A DNA stretch of 64,000 bases, taken from the NCBI GenBank assembly GCA_039584255.1, contig JBDGYE010000001.1:4228-68227 (forward strand). The letters are read 5' to 3'. The stretch comes from Gemmatimonadota bacterium (GTDB lineage Bacteria; Gemmatimonadota; Gemmatimonadetes; Palauibacterales; Palauibacteraceae). The notes beneath the pieces were generated by a model. The model searched no databases, was not told the DNA's origin, and saw only the letters and a list, made by a program, of their open reading frames with translations. How positions within the stretch are numbered: the first letter of the stretch is position 1; each line of letters begins with the position of its first letter. Below, in pieces: positions 43,901 through 53,384 of the stretch. A program made the position numbers and the translations under genes.

Positions 43901-44150
43901 TCGCTTCCGGCCCATCCTTCTCACCTCGCTGACGACCTTCCTCGGAGTCTTTCCGCTGATCATCGAGCGCAGCCTGCAGGCCAGGTTCCTGGTACCGATG
44001 GCGGTGAGCCTGGGCGTCGGTATCCTCTTTGCCACCGCGATCATCATGGTGCTTGTACCGGCGCTGACCATGCTGCAGCATCGGGTCACGGAAAGGGTTC
44101 GCGAGTGGCGCGGGCGTCGGGTCCCGGCCCCGGAGCCGGGAGCGGCGTAG
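40959..44150 (+). CDS. RND family efflux transporter permease (AcrB/HAE-type, 12 TM)
   Basis: 1063 aa with two large periplasmic loops. Conserved GIVVDDAIVV and VVNDSLVLLDF segments. GTGA overlap with the MFP gene. Confidence 0.95.
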   Translation: MSRAIEWMAGHKVAANLLMIFILAAGFLSVSTIVTEVFPESRLDAVQVRVEYPGASPAEVEEGVIQRIEERVESVEGISQITSTASEGVGVVFVELNLGEDVTRALDEIKAEVDRITSFPLDAEEPEVTQVTNRTRVIEIAVHGDVPERTLKELANRMKDDLSTLPEISFVRTSGVRDYEISIEVPNEVLRSYGLSLEDVARAVRAASLDLPGGRVDTADEEILVRVEGQNYDRDDFAEIIVRGARDGATLRLDQIADVKDGFQDADLINLYDGQPAAFVQVFRTADEQVLEIVDVVERYLDQDLEPTLPRGIEVAIWQNDAELLDSRLSLLRKNGIIGLVLVLIALTLFLDLRLSSWVAVGIALSFIGTFAVMPWLGVSINMMSLFGLILAIGIVVDDAIVVGENIYKERERGTGPLQAAIKGTQRVSVPVTFAVLTTVAAFTPLLFIPGFIGKFLKFIPMVVIAVLLFSLIESLFILPHHLSHLPEGAHARLPGWLWPVERVQEAVQSGLRRFIDGPLDRTVRFATEHYGLVLAGSVSVVLITLGVVAGRYLSFSFLPRIEGDQVIAQVEMPQGTPTERTRDVAAYLERLGRQVADSFQSELSDDHPPLIEAVHVSVGSYPSAEVGPGAGLLPAFIESHKAEVVFRLLEAENRQISSTEFEKAWRAAAGDLPGPRSLTFSAQLIDLGAPVQVEISHPDTAVLTRAVGEVQSELRAYAGVFDVRNDQEIGKREVELRLKPRARTLGVTLDDLGRQVRAAFFGAEALRIQRGREEVRVYVRLPEDERNTLADIRRYRIVTPSGAAIPLSEAADVSFGSAPSTIRRVNGRRIVTVMAEVDRSVITGQEANTELTGSILPEAQARYPALRYGFGGEQREQARALGGMMRGFLLAVFVIYALLAIPFRSYVEPLIIMAAVPFGFVGAVVGHLVMGLELGMLSLFGLVGLSGVVVNDSLVLLDFVNAEHRSGKPLPEAILTAAKIRFRPILLTSLTTFLGVFPLIIERSLQARFLVPMAVSLGVGILFATAIIMVLVPALTMLQHRVTERVREWRGRRVPAPEPGAA

Positions 44151-44316
44151 TCGCGGGACCCCTCCAGCGCTCGAGTCCAACCGCCGGTCGGGCCGCACTG
44201 ACGCGCAAGAGCACTGAGCGGCGCCCTGGCCGCCATCGGGCAGACGTTTGCCTATCCCCTTACATTGCCCCTCGCAAATCTCGAACGGCGAACCTCCTGG
44301 AGTGGAGCGACGAAGC

Positions 44317-44886
44317 ATGCCTCCGACGTCGAAGCGGCTTCACAGGGAAGACTGGCTCAACCACGCTCTGGAGACGCTGGACAAACAGGGCGTCGAAGGC
44401 CTGTATGTAGAGCCGTTAGCCCGCTCGCTGGGCGTGACTCCGGGCAGCTTCTACTGGCACTTCGAGGACCGCCAGGCCATGCTCGACGCGGTGGCGGACC
44501 ACGTCTCTCGATACATGCTGGAGGCGATGAGTCGGAGCGCCGAGAGCACCGAGGGAAGCCCGGCCAACCGCCTCCTGTCGCTGATGGAAGAGATCTCCCT
44601 TCAGGACCGTGGACGCTACGAGAAGGCCGTCCGGGGCTGGGCCTCGACCGACCCCAAGATCATGAAGATCGTGAAGGAGGTCGATCAGAAGCGACTTGGA
44701 TACATGACCCGGGCGTTCGAAGAGATCGGCTTCGAGAGAGAGGAGGCCGAATGCCGCGGTATGGCCATGATGTTCTGCCACATGGGCGCGGCGACTTTCT
44801 CGCTCAGGAGGACGAAAGAAGAACGGCTGAGGTTCGCCCGCGACGTCCACGTGCTGCTCACCTCGGGGGCGCCCGGCCACACTTAG
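44317..44886 (+). CDS. TetR/AcrR family transcriptional regulator (same subfamily as 20745..21362)
   Basis: WLNHALETLDKQGVEGLYVEPLARSLGVTPGSFYWHFEDRQAML. The ATG at 44317 was verified. The upstream part of the listed ORF is not needed. Confidence 0.8.
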   Translation: MPPTSKRLHREDWLNHALETLDKQGVEGLYVEPLARSLGVTPGSFYWHFEDRQAMLDAVADHVSRYMLEAMSRSAESTEGSPANRLLSLMEEISLQDRGRYEKAVRGWASTDPKIMKIVKEVDQKRLGYMTRAFEEIGFEREEAECRGMAMMFCHMGAATFSLRRTKEERLRFARDVHVLLTSGAPGHT

Positions 44887-44901
44887 CCACGTCCTCGACT
44901 C

Positions 44902-46332
44902 CTAGACCTCCTTCTCCTTCCACCGCCCGCGCCGGAAGAGGTAGACTCCCAGAACCGCCGACAGCGAGTACGACACCGCGATCGCCCAGTACACTCCCTC
45001 CGGCCCGATCCCGCTCTCCCGCGACAGCACCCAGGCCAGCGGAATCTGGAACAGCCAGAAGCAGAAGAAGTTGACCCACGTCGGCGTCGCCGTGTCTCCC
45101 GCCCCGTTGAAGGCCTGCAGCATCACCATTCCCCATGCGTAGAAGACGTATCCGTAGCTGATGATCCGAAGTGCGCTCGTGCCTACGGCGTGGGTCTCGG
45201 GGTCGGACGTGAAGACTCCGACGATGGAGTCGGCGAACAGCACGAAGATCACGGTCACCACGGCCATGAACAGCATGTTCCATCCGCCGGTGACCCATAC
45301 TGAGCGCTCGGCACGATCGGGCTTCTTCGCCCCCAGGTTCTGGCCGACCAGCGTGGCGGCGGCGTTGGAGAGTCCCCACGAAGGCAGGATGATGAAGATC
45401 ACCACCCTGATCGCGATGACGTATCCGGCCAGGACGACGCTGCCGAAGGTTGCCAGGATGCGGATCAGTCCGACGTAGCTGGCCGTGGCGATGATCATCT
45501 GGCCGACACCGCCCGCCGAGACCCGGAGCAGCCGCCCGATCACGGACGGATCAAGGCGGACGTCCGCGCGACCGATCCGGAGTCGTCTCCCCCTCGAGAA
45601 TCCCCAGAACTGGTAGAGCACTCCCGTGCTGCGACCGATCGTCGTGGCCACCGCGGCTCCCGTCAGCCCGAGCTCGGGGAAGGGCCCGATCCCGAGTATC
45701 AGCAGCGGATCGAGCACGACGTTGATCCCGTTGGCCAGCCACACGGAGCGCATGGCCATCGCCGCGTCTCCCGCACCGCGGTAGATGGCGTTGTTCAGGA
45801 ACAGCAGCAGGATCGCGATCATGCCGCCGTACAGGATCCGCGTGTAGGTTGTCCCTTCCGCGACGGTGGCCTCGTCTGCCCCCATGAGCCGCAGCAGGTC
45901 CGGGGCCCAGATGATGCCGGCCACCCCGAAGATCACCGAGAGAACCACGCCCACGGCGATGGCCTGCACCGCCGTGCGGGCCGCCGCACGCTCGTCCTTC
46001 TCGCCGACTCGTCGCGCGACCAGCGCCGTTGTCGACATGCTGAGTCCGACGGCGATCGCGTAGATGATCTCGAGCACCGACTCCGTGAGGCCGACGGCCG
46101 CCAGCGCCTCCGCCCCCAGCCGGGCCACGAAGAAGGCGTCCACGACCGCGAACAGCGACTCGCCCGCCATCTCCAGCACCATCGGGATGGCCAGCAGAGC
46201 CACCGCCCGGTTCAGGCTTCCGGTGGTGAAGTCCTGTTCCGTGCCGGCCAGCGACTCGCGCACGGAGCTCCAGAGACCCCGGCCGGGGCCGTCGGATGCG
46301 CCGCTGTCATGGTGGGAGCGCTGCTCGCTCAT
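44902..46332 (-). CDS. MATE family efflux transporter
   Basis: 12 TM segments. LAIPMVLEMAGESLFAVVDAFFVARLG and later GAGD motifs are typical of NorM/DinF-type MATE proteins. ATG at 46332. Confidence 0.9.
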   Translation of the reverse strand: MSEQRSHHDSGASDGPGRGLWSSVRESLAGTEQDFTTGSLNRAVALLAIPMVLEMAGESLFAVVDAFFVARLGAEALAAVGLTESVLEIIYAIAVGLSMSTTALVARRVGEKDERAAARTAVQAIAVGVVLSVIFGVAGIIWAPDLLRLMGADEATVAEGTTYTRILYGGMIAILLLFLNNAIYRGAGDAAMAMRSVWLANGINVVLDPLLILGIGPFPELGLTGAAVATTIGRSTGVLYQFWGFSRGRRLRIGRADVRLDPSVIGRLLRVSAGGVGQMIIATASYVGLIRILATFGSVVLAGYVIAIRVVIFIILPSWGLSNAAATLVGQNLGAKKPDRAERSVWVTGGWNMLFMAVVTVIFVLFADSIVGVFTSDPETHAVGTSALRIISYGYVFYAWGMVMLQAFNGAGDTATPTWVNFFCFWLFQIPLAWVLSRESGIGPEGVYWAIAVSYSLSAVLGVYLFRRGRWKEKEV

Positions 46333-46590
46333 GACTCCTGCTCGATGCCCGCTTCCGTCGTGCACCCCGTTTCTCCGGATGCACGAGTGCTCCACCTGCG
46401 TTCGGGAAGACCCACGCTTCGCGCCCGGGAGAACGGACGCGCTCCGGCGATCGGGCGACGAGCTGCCGCCGGCGACGGGACACGCGGGATGTCGGACGAG
46501 CGTTCGCGAGAGCCCGGAACAGATCCCGCCAGCCAGTCGTCGAGCCCGGCGGTCAGGTGTTCGGCCGGGATCGGAAGCCCGGTGCCGGTT

Positions 46591-47166
46591 CTACCTGCCC
46601 TTGCCCACGATCAACCGGAACTGCCACGAGCGGTTCTTGAACGTCGAGTTCTCCAGAACGTCCGACAGGCCCAGGGAGTAGCGGATGTCGACTCCGATGA
46701 GCGTCCCTCCGCTTGTCCAGCGCGCGAAGGTGAAACCGAGCGGCAGGGCCCATTCGGTGCTCTTGGCACGGTCGCAGTCGACGGACCCGCTCGCGCTGCA
46801 CGCCACGTTGAACCCGATCCCTATGCCGGCGTATGCCCGGCCGCGCCATACTCCGTCGGCCAGCGTACCGACGCCACCGATAAGCAGAGGCAGCTCTATG
46901 TAATCCAGGCGCGTGTTGTCGCCGCCCTTCTGAACCCAGTTGGCTTCCAGCGCGACTACCGAGTTCCGGCTGGTGCGGATTCCACCCTGGAGCCCCGCGG
47001 TTCCTCCCCAGCGGCTGCTGGTGCTGAAACCGCCTCCGGCCAGGTCTCCCACCGTCGCGCCGCCGCTGAGCGCAATGAACTTGTTCCCGCGCTGCTGCGC
47101 GAGCAGGGGATTGGCGGCCCCCAGGAAGAGACAGGCTACGAACAGCAGCGCTGCGAGATTCCTCAT
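46591..47166 (-). CDS. Outer-membrane beta-barrel protein (porin-family / OMP_b-brl_2-like), paralog 2 of 3
   Basis: Signal MRNLAALLFVACLFLGAANPLLAQ. EANWVQKGG, YIELPLL and NRSWQFR are shared with 14251..14880. Confidence 0.8.
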   Translation of the reverse strand: MRNLAALLFVACLFLGAANPLLAQQRGNKFIALSGGATVGDLAGGGFSTSSRWGGTAGLQGGIRTSRNSVVALEANWVQKGGDNTRLDYIELPLLIGGVGTLADGVWRGRAYAGIGIGFNVACSASGSVDCDRAKSTEWALPLGFTFARWTSGGTLIGVDIRYSLGLSDVLENSTFKNRSWQFRLIVGKGR

Positions 47167-47316
47167 GTTCTGCTCCTAATCCGGTTGACCGACGGGCCGG
47201 GCGAACGATGGCCGCTGAAGCTATGGGCCTTCCCCGAACGCCGCTATCTTGCTTCAACACACGGCCGGCATGGGGCCGCCCTCGAACCCTCGCAGCATTG
47301 CCACCGGAAGGTAGAA

Positions 47317-48651
47317 ATGCGAAGACAGCTCGCCGCAGCGATACCCATGGTTCTCCTGTGCTCCAGCCCTCTCCTCGGCCAGGCCGAGCTTCTCCAGTCG
47401 GGCCCCATGGTGGGCTACTCGGAGATGTTCGAGGCGCTGCTGTGGGCGCAGACGAAAGGGGCCGCCGAGGTGAAGTTCGTCTACTGGAGTGAGGCCGACC
47501 CCTCCACGCGGTATCAGACGGAGAACATCCGCACGAAGGCCGACCAGGCCTTCATCGCCAAGACGGTCGTCGGAAGACTGGAGCCGGGCCAGCGGTACGG
47601 ATACGAGCTCCACATCAACGGGCAGCCGGTCGAGCGGCCGTATCCTCTGCGCTTTCAGACGCAGCACCTCTGGCAGTGGCGCACCGATCCGCCCGACTTC
47701 CGGTTCGTCATCGGAAGCTGCTTCTACGTGAACGATCCCCCGTACGATAGGCCGGGTGAGCCGTATGGAGGAGGCTTCGAAATCCTCGACGCCATCCTCG
47801 ACAAGAACCCCGACGCCATGATCTGGATGGGCGACGATGTCTACCTGCGCGAGTCAGACTGGTATACGCGGACCGGGATGTTCTACCGCTACACCCACAC
47901 CCGGTCCTATCCCGGGCTGCAGCCGCTGCTGGGCTCGGTACACCACTACGCCATCTGGGACGACCACGATTACGGTCCCGACAACAGCGACTGGACGTGG
48001 AGGGAAAAGCGGACCGCACTCGAGACGTTCGACCTCTTCTGGGGCAACCCCGAGGTGGGGACTCCGGAATTCGGCGGCATCACCACGATGTTCGAGTGGG
48101 GCGACGTGCAGTTCTTCCTGACCGACAACCGTTGGCACCGGTCGCCCGAGCATCGACGCGAGCCCGGGCGCACGATGCTAGGCCGCGAGCAGCTGGACTG
48201 GCTGATCGACGCGCTCCGGAGCAGCCGTGCCACCTTCAAGATCGTGGTCGTCGGCAGCCAGGTGCTGAACCCGGTCCCGGGCTGGGAGGCCTACGCCACC
48301 TTCCCGGAGGAGCGGGCCGAGCTGCTGCGCCGGATCCAGGACAACGACATACGCGGGGTATTCTTCATCACCGGTGACGTCCACTACACGGTACTGACCA
48401 AGCTCGACCGCTGGGGCACGTATCCCTTCTACGACATGACGGTTTCGCCGTTTACGGCAGGCCCGGCCGACTTCGATCCGGACGGGTACGACAACTATCT
48501 CGCCGTGCCCGGGACCTTCTACCAGGACCGCAATTTTGCCACGCTGGACTTCGCCGGCCCCCGGGAGGACCGGTCGATGACGATCAAGGTGTACGACACA
48601 GCGGGCCGCGAGCTGTGGAACCGAACGGTGAAGGCGGTTGAGCTGCGGTAA
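47317..48651 (+). CDS. phoD: PhoD-like alkaline phosphatase / phosphodiesterase
   Basis: Signal MRRQLAAAIPMVLLCSSPLLGQA. Metallophosphatase motifs FVIGSCF, MGDDVY, WDDHDYGPDN and ITGDVHY. ATG 47317 follows GGAAGG. Confidence 0.85.
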   Translation: MRRQLAAAIPMVLLCSSPLLGQAELLQSGPMVGYSEMFEALLWAQTKGAAEVKFVYWSEADPSTRYQTENIRTKADQAFIAKTVVGRLEPGQRYGYELHINGQPVERPYPLRFQTQHLWQWRTDPPDFRFVIGSCFYVNDPPYDRPGEPYGGGFEILDAILDKNPDAMIWMGDDVYLRESDWYTRTGMFYRYTHTRSYPGLQPLLGSVHHYAIWDDHDYGPDNSDWTWREKRTALETFDLFWGNPEVGTPEFGGITTMFEWGDVQFFLTDNRWHRSPEHRREPGRTMLGREQLDWLIDALRSSRATFKIVVVGSQVLNPVPGWEAYATFPEERAELLRRIQDNDIRGVFFITGDVHYTVLTKLDRWGTYPFYDMTVSPFTAGPADFDPDGYDNYLAVPGTFYQDRNFATLDFAGPREDRSMTIKVYDTAGRELWNRTVKAVELR

Positions 48652-48730
48652 TGGGGCCGGCGCCGCCTGCCCGGTCCCGAATCCTAGACACCGGTGAGCG
48701 AGCCGACGGCCAGGAGCCGGAAAGGAAGGA

Positions 48731-48763
48731 CCCCGGGCGGACGCGGTTCGCATCCGCCCGGGG
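48731..48763. terminator. Strong GC hairpin in the 343-bp convergent intergenic region (possible bidirectional terminator)
   Basis: ccccgggcgga-cgcggttcgca-tccgcccgggg has a perfect 11-bp stem. AAAA follows on the plus strand and a T/C-rich tract follows on the minus strand. Confidence 0.4.
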
Positions 48764-48994
48764 AAAACAAGCGCCAGAGAGGCAGACTGACGCTTGTCGG
48801 AGCGAGGGTCTGCGCGGACTCCCCCTAGATTGCCCACGCTGTCGGCGGCAATTAGCGGGGCCGCGGAACGACCCTCCTCGCACCGCAGGAGCGGGCACCC
48901 TCTTCCACAGGGCACCCTACGGCCGAATCATAACGGCACACTTTCTCTGTGGTCAATAGGGCCGCCTATGGAGTAAGCCGGCCGCGCCCCGCGG

Positions 48995-49594
48995 TCAGGA
49001 GGCTCCGGGCTCGCGCAGCATCCCCCATACCTCAGGCCCACCGTCCACCGCGAGCTCGTCCTCGACCTCGAAGCCGAGGCGCCGGTAGAAGCGCAGGTTG
49101 TCGGCTACGCTTGTCTCCAGGTAGATGAGGTAGCCCGCGGAGTCGCACACGCTCATCACGGGCCGCAGGAGTGCCGTTCCGATTCCGCTTCGCTGGCGTT
49201 CGGGATCTACTCCGAGGACCGGCAGGTAGTAGTGAGCCTGTGTGGGACGCGCGGCGTTGAGCTGGCCGATCTGACGCCGCACCGTATCGGTTCGCGACCC
49301 GAACATGCGCCGCATTTGCAGCGGGAGAATCAGCTGCGTGAACGGCCCGCCGTACGGAAGGTCGGGAATCGTCCACAGCGAGGCACCGGCCCGGTCCTCC
49401 GTGGTATAGGCCTCTCCGTCCCGTGAGTGAACCCGAAGCAACAGACGGAAGAACTGCCGGCCGTGCAGGAGCCATTCCTCGTCTCCGCCGAACATCCACC
49501 GGTAGAGGGGGTCGTTGCGAAACGCCTCCGCAAGAACCGCGGCCAGGGGACCGATGTCCCGCCACGACACGGGCCTGACTCCGAGCTCGCTCAC
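48995..49594 (-). CDS. GNAT family N-acetyltransferase
   Basis: The GTG at 49594 overlaps the upstream stop (GTGA). The acetyl-CoA motif region is LGVDPERQRSGIGTALLRPV...YLETS...NLRFYRRLGF. Confidence 0.75.
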   Translation of the reverse strand: MSELGVRPVSWRDIGPLAAVLAEAFRNDPLYRWMFGGDEEWLLHGRQFFRLLLRVHSRDGEAYTTEDRAGASLWTIPDLPYGGPFTQLILPLQMRRMFGSRTDTVRRQIGQLNAARPTQAHYYLPVLGVDPERQRSGIGTALLRPVMSVCDSAGYLIYLETSVADNLRFYRRLGFEVEDELAVDGGPEVWGMLREPGAS

Positions 49595-50253
49595 AACCCC
49601 AGCCGCTCCGCCCACGCCGACATGGCAACGGCGAGCTCGGCGATCACCTCGTCGTACGAGCGACCGGCTCGCTTCGGAACCTTGAAGGAATGATCGCCGT
49701 CGTCGACTACGTGCAGCGTCGCGCGCTCGCCCAGCCCCTCGCACACCTCGCCGATGAGACCGACATCGGCCAGCCGGTCGCGGGTGCCCTGCAGGAACAG
49801 CATCGGTACGTCCACGCTCTTGAGATGATCGGCCCGGCCCGCCGACTTCTCTCCTGGCCTGTGCAGCGGGAAACCGAAGAAGACGATGCCCCGAACTCCC
49901 CGCAACGCCCCCTCCGAGGCGGCGGTCGAGGTCATCCGGCCACCCATGGACTTGCCACCGGCTACGAGGGGCAGATCTGAAGCGGCATCTCCGGCCGTTG
50001 CGACGGCCGAGCGCACCGTCTCGACGAGCACCGGCGCCCGATCCGGCGCCCGGCGATCGGCCTCCGTGTATGGGAAGTTGTAGCGCAGCATGCCGATCCG
50101 ATGTCTCGCCAGATGACGGGCAACGGACTCGTGGAAGAGGTGCCGCATGTCCGCGCCCGCGCCGTGCCCGTACACCACGAGGCAGCGTGCATCGGAAGGG
50201 CGAGTCAGCAGCGCGGAGACCTCGCCGGAGCTCGGTCCGGCGAGGAAGCGCAT
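49591..50253 (-). CDS. Alpha/beta hydrolase (dienelactone-hydrolase / KANL3-Tex30-like, COG3571-type)
   Basis: [12 protein letters not shown], nucleophile elbow [15 protein letters not shown] and GDHSF. ATG 50253 verified. Confidence 0.8.
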   Translation of the reverse strand: MRFLAGPSSGEVSALLTRPSDARCLVVYGHGAGADMRHLFHESVARHLARHRIGMLRYNFPYTEADRRAPDRAPVLVETVRSAVATAGDAASDLPLVAGGKSMGGRMTSTAASEGALRGVRGIVFFGFPLHRPGEKSAGRADHLKSVDVPMLFLQGTRDRLADVGLIGEVCEGLGERATLHVVDDGDHSFKVPKRAGRSYDEVIAELAVAMSAWAERLGL

Positions 50254-50326
50254 TTCGGTCGTGGTCGTGTCGGTCTCGATTCGGCTACCTCGCGTTAGAT
50301 CAGGTTTGCCCGAAATAGGCTGCAAT

Positions 50327-51238
50327 CTACGACCGGCGCCCGCCGGCCGCGTCCCCTCCGGACGGCTCGTCGTCCGCCACGAATTGCGCGCCGTCCCACC
50401 GTGCCTGCGTGGCCCGGAGCGACCTTCCCTCGAGCTCGAAAAGCCACAGGCCCTCGCGGCCGCTGATCGTGGCACTCCCGGCGCAGTAGATGGTGGGTCG
50501 GATGTTTGCCAGCCGAAGCCGGAACGTGCGATGGATGTGGCCGCACAGGATGGCGCCGTGGCGAATCGTCGCACAGGCAGTCAGGAAGTCCTCGGCATTC
50601 TTCATCCGGTGATCCAGGCGGTCCGGCCGGCCGTCCGCGCGGCGGGGGGCATAGTGCGTGACGACGAAGACGAAGCGATCGAGCAGCCTCGGGTCATCCA
50701 GGATCCTTCCGAGCGCCTCCAGCTGCGATGCAGGTACGCATCCGCTGGAGAGCCAGGGCGCTGGATTCGGGCGTGCACTGTTGACTGCGACCACTGCTAC
50801 GTCCTCCCCCACCAATCGCACGAGGGGCCAGGGTCCGTCCACCCGGTGCTCCGGGGCGTCGGTTTCCAGGAGATCGCCGAAGTGACTCTCGAAGCGGTGC
50901 TGCCGCAGGGTGCCGAGGGTGTAGAGATCGTGGTTTCCGGGGACGTTCACATAGCCGGCCGGCGCAGCCGTCAACGGCTCCACCGCCTCGCGCGCTGCCG
51001 CGAGCTCGGCGTGCGTGCTGAGATTCGTGTAGTCGCCGCTGAAGATCACTAGGTCGGGCTTCTGCTCCCGGAAGAGGCGGACCAGCGCCTCCATCTTCCG
51101 GCTCGCCCCCGCGAGCTGGCGACCTCTGGCCCGCAGCAGGTTCAGCAGGCCGATCGCCCGCTTGCTGAACAGGTCCCCAAGCGGGACCCGCCGGATGCCC
51201 AGCCCCAGGTGGATGTCACTGAAGTGCAGGATCCTCAC
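50327..51238 (-). CDS. Calcineurin-like metallophosphoesterase
   Basis: ILHFSDIHLG, VIFSGDY, VPGNHD, VVTHY and CGHIH are the canonical metallophosphatase motifs. GTG start. Confidence 0.85.
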   Translation of the reverse strand: MRILHFSDIHLGLGIRRVPLGDLFSKRAIGLLNLLRARGRQLAGASRKMEALVRLFREQKPDLVIFSGDYTNLSTHAELAAAREAVEPLTAAPAGYVNVPGNHDLYTLGTLRQHRFESHFGDLLETDAPEHRVDGPWPLVRLVGEDVAVVAVNSARPNPAPWLSSGCVPASQLEALGRILDDPRLLDRFVFVVTHYAPRRADGRPDRLDHRMKNAEDFLTACATIRHGAILCGHIHRTFRLRLANIRPTIYCAGSATISGREGLWLFELEGRSLRATQARWDGAQFVADDEPSGGDAAGGRRS

Positions 51239-51336
51239 GGCGTCTGGCTCTCCTCGTGAATCGGGCCCGCGTGGTCATGGCCGGGCGCTCGGGCCACCTT
51301 ACCGACAGGCGACGTCGCGGCTATTGTTCGCCCAGC

Positions 51337-52314
51337 ATGAAGCTCGCGAGCATATCCGCAGCGGACCTGCGCCGGGCTCTACCCATGCCCGAGGCGATCG
51401 AGGCCATGAAGTCGGCCTTCGCCACGCTCTCGCAGGGACTTGCCGCCGCTCCCCAGCGCGGCGTGGTTCCGGTGGGCGACGCTGACGGAACCACGCTGCT
51501 CATGGGTGCATACCTTCCGGACGAGGGTCTGGCGGCGAAGACCGTCTCGATCTTTCACCGGAACCCGGAGCTTGGCAAGCCGGCGGTGACGGGACTGGTC
51601 CTCGTGCTCGATCCGCGGACGGGCGAGCCTCAGGGCCTCATGGACGGCGGCCCCCTAACAGCATGGAGGACGGGAGCGGCTTCCGGCGCGGCCACTGACC
51701 TGCTCGCCGTTCCCGCGGCACGGGTCGGAGCCGTGGTCGGCGCCGGCGCCCAGGCCCGGACCCAGGTCCTGGCGATCGACGCCGTCCGTGAGCTGGATGC
51801 GGTGAAGGTGCATTCCTTGGACCGAAACCAAGCAGAGCGCCTCGTCGCCGAAATGCAGAACGACACCCGCGCACAGCTCGAAGTCGCGGGATCGTCGGCC
51901 GAGGCGGTAGCGGACGCCGACGTCATCTGCACGGCCACTAGCTCGGCCACACCTGTCTTCGACGGTGAGCTGCTCAAGCCGGGCGCGCACATCAACGCGA
52001 TCGGGACGTTCACGCTCGATAGACGTGAGCTGGATTACGTCACCGTCGATCGCTCGCGGGTGTTCGTGGACCTCGTCGGTGCGGCCCTCGAGGAAGCGGG
52101 CGACCTGATGGCGGCGGTCGAGCACGGAGTCACCGGCAGCGAGGAATGGACCGAGATCGGACTCGTCGCGGCGGGCCTGGCGGATGGCCGACAGACGCTT
52201 GACGAGATCACCCTCTTCAAGTCGGTCGGGCACGCCGTCCAGGACGTCGCCGCAGCCTCACGTGTGCTGCGGGCGGCCCGGGAGATGGGTCTGGGCCACG
52301 AGATCGAGCTCTGA
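51337..52314 (+). CDS. Ornithine cyclodeaminase / mu-crystallin family protein (possible delta1-pyrroline-2-carboxylate reductase)
   Basis: The LTAWRTGAASGAATDLLA and GAGAQA Rossmann motifs are typical of the OCD/CRYM family. ATG 51337 verified. Confidence 0.85.
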   Translation: MKLASISAADLRRALPMPEAIEAMKSAFATLSQGLAAAPQRGVVPVGDADGTTLLMGAYLPDEGLAAKTVSIFHRNPELGKPAVTGLVLVLDPRTGEPQGLMDGGPLTAWRTGAASGAATDLLAVPAARVGAVVGAGAQARTQVLAIDAVRELDAVKVHSLDRNQAERLVAEMQNDTRAQLEVAGSSAEAVADADVICTATSSATPVFDGELLKPGAHINAIGTFTLDRRELDYVTVDRSRVFVDLVGAALEEAGDLMAAVEHGVTGSEEWTEIGLVAAGLADGRQTLDEITLFKSVGHAVQDVAAASRVLRAAREMGLGHEIEL

Positions 52315-52317
52315 GAG

Positions 52318-53370
52318 ATGCCTTCCTTCGAACCGGCGCCCGACTGGCTGCGGATAACCACCATCGATGCCCACACGGCGGGCGAGCCGCTCCGGGTGAT
52401 AACCGGGGGATGGCCCGAGATTCCGGGAGCCACCCTCCTCGAGAAGCGGCAGTACGCCCGCGAGAACCAAGACCACCTGCGCCGGGCCCTGATGTGGGAG
52501 CCCCGGGGCCATGCCGACATGTACGGCTGCATCCTCACCCCCCCGGTCACGCCGGACGGCGACGTCGGCGTGCTGTTCCTTCACAACGAGGGATACAGCA
52601 CCATGTGCGGCCACGGGATCATCGGCCTGGTGAAGGTAGGTCTCGAGGCCGGCCTCCTCGATCTGCCGGTCGAGCCCGCGCCCGAGATCCGCATCGACAC
52701 GCCCGCCGGCCGGGTTACCGCAGTGCCCCACCTTCGTTCCGCCGCCGGCCGCCCACGAGTGGACGCGGTCTCGTTCCGCAACGTTCCCTCATTCGTCCTG
52801 GAGCCGGATCTCCGGGTCGACATTCCGGGTCTGGGGACCGTTAGCTGCGACATCGCCTTCGGTGGCGCCTTCTACGCCTATGTCGACGCGGCCGACGTCG
52901 AGCTCGCGCTCACACCACAGCACTACGCCCGCATCGCAGACACCGGAATGCGTATCAAGAGGTCCGTCATGCGCTGCTACGAGATCGTGCACCCCGACGG
53001 CGAGGCGGACCTCAACTTCCTGTACGGGACCATATTCGTAGAGCGGCTCGACGACCCGGACGGCTCGGGCTCCCACAGCCGCAACGTCTGCGTCTTCGCC
53101 GAGGGCGAGGTCGACCGCTGTCCGACCGGGACGGGGGTCAGCGGTCGTGCGGCCATTCACCACTCCCGTGGAGAGCTCGCTGCCGGCCGGTCGATCACCA
53201 TCGAGAGCATCATCGGAACCACGTTCGATGTGCGCGTGGTGGACGAGACCAGGGTCGGAGGCCTGCCGGCCGTGGTGCCCGAGGTAACGGGGGCGGCCCA
53301 CATCACCGGGCGGCACGAGTTCCTCGTTGACCCGGCGGATCCGCTCGGGGATGGCTTCCTCCTGCGCTGA
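52318..53370 (+). CDS. Proline racemase superfamily enzyme with Cys/Thr catalytic pair (trans-3-hydroxy-L-proline dehydratase-like)
   Basis: The TIDAHTAGEP first catalytic segment is GYSTMCGHG (Cys). The second segment is DRCPTGTG, with Thr where racemases and epimerases carry Cys. Confidence 0.85.
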   Translation: MPSFEPAPDWLRITTIDAHTAGEPLRVITGGWPEIPGATLLEKRQYARENQDHLRRALMWEPRGHADMYGCILTPPVTPDGDVGVLFLHNEGYSTMCGHGIIGLVKVGLEAGLLDLPVEPAPEIRIDTPAGRVTAVPHLRSAAGRPRVDAVSFRNVPSFVLEPDLRVDIPGLGTVSCDIAFGGAFYAYVDAADVELALTPQHYARIADTGMRIKRSVMRCYEIVHPDGEADLNFLYGTIFVERLDDPDGSGSHSRNVCVFAEGEVDRCPTGTGVSGRAAIHHSRGELAAGRSITIESIIGTTFDVRVVDETRVGGLPAVVPEVTGAAHITGRHEFLVDPADPLGDGFLLR

Positions 53371-53384
53371 AGGAAGGTAGAGCG

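Noticed and set aside
46309-47316. 336-codon N-terminal extension of the PhoD ORF (listed as 46309..48651).
   Set aside because: It overlaps the MATE start and runs antisense through the OMP gene at 46591..47166. The real start, with signal peptide and RBS, is at 47317.
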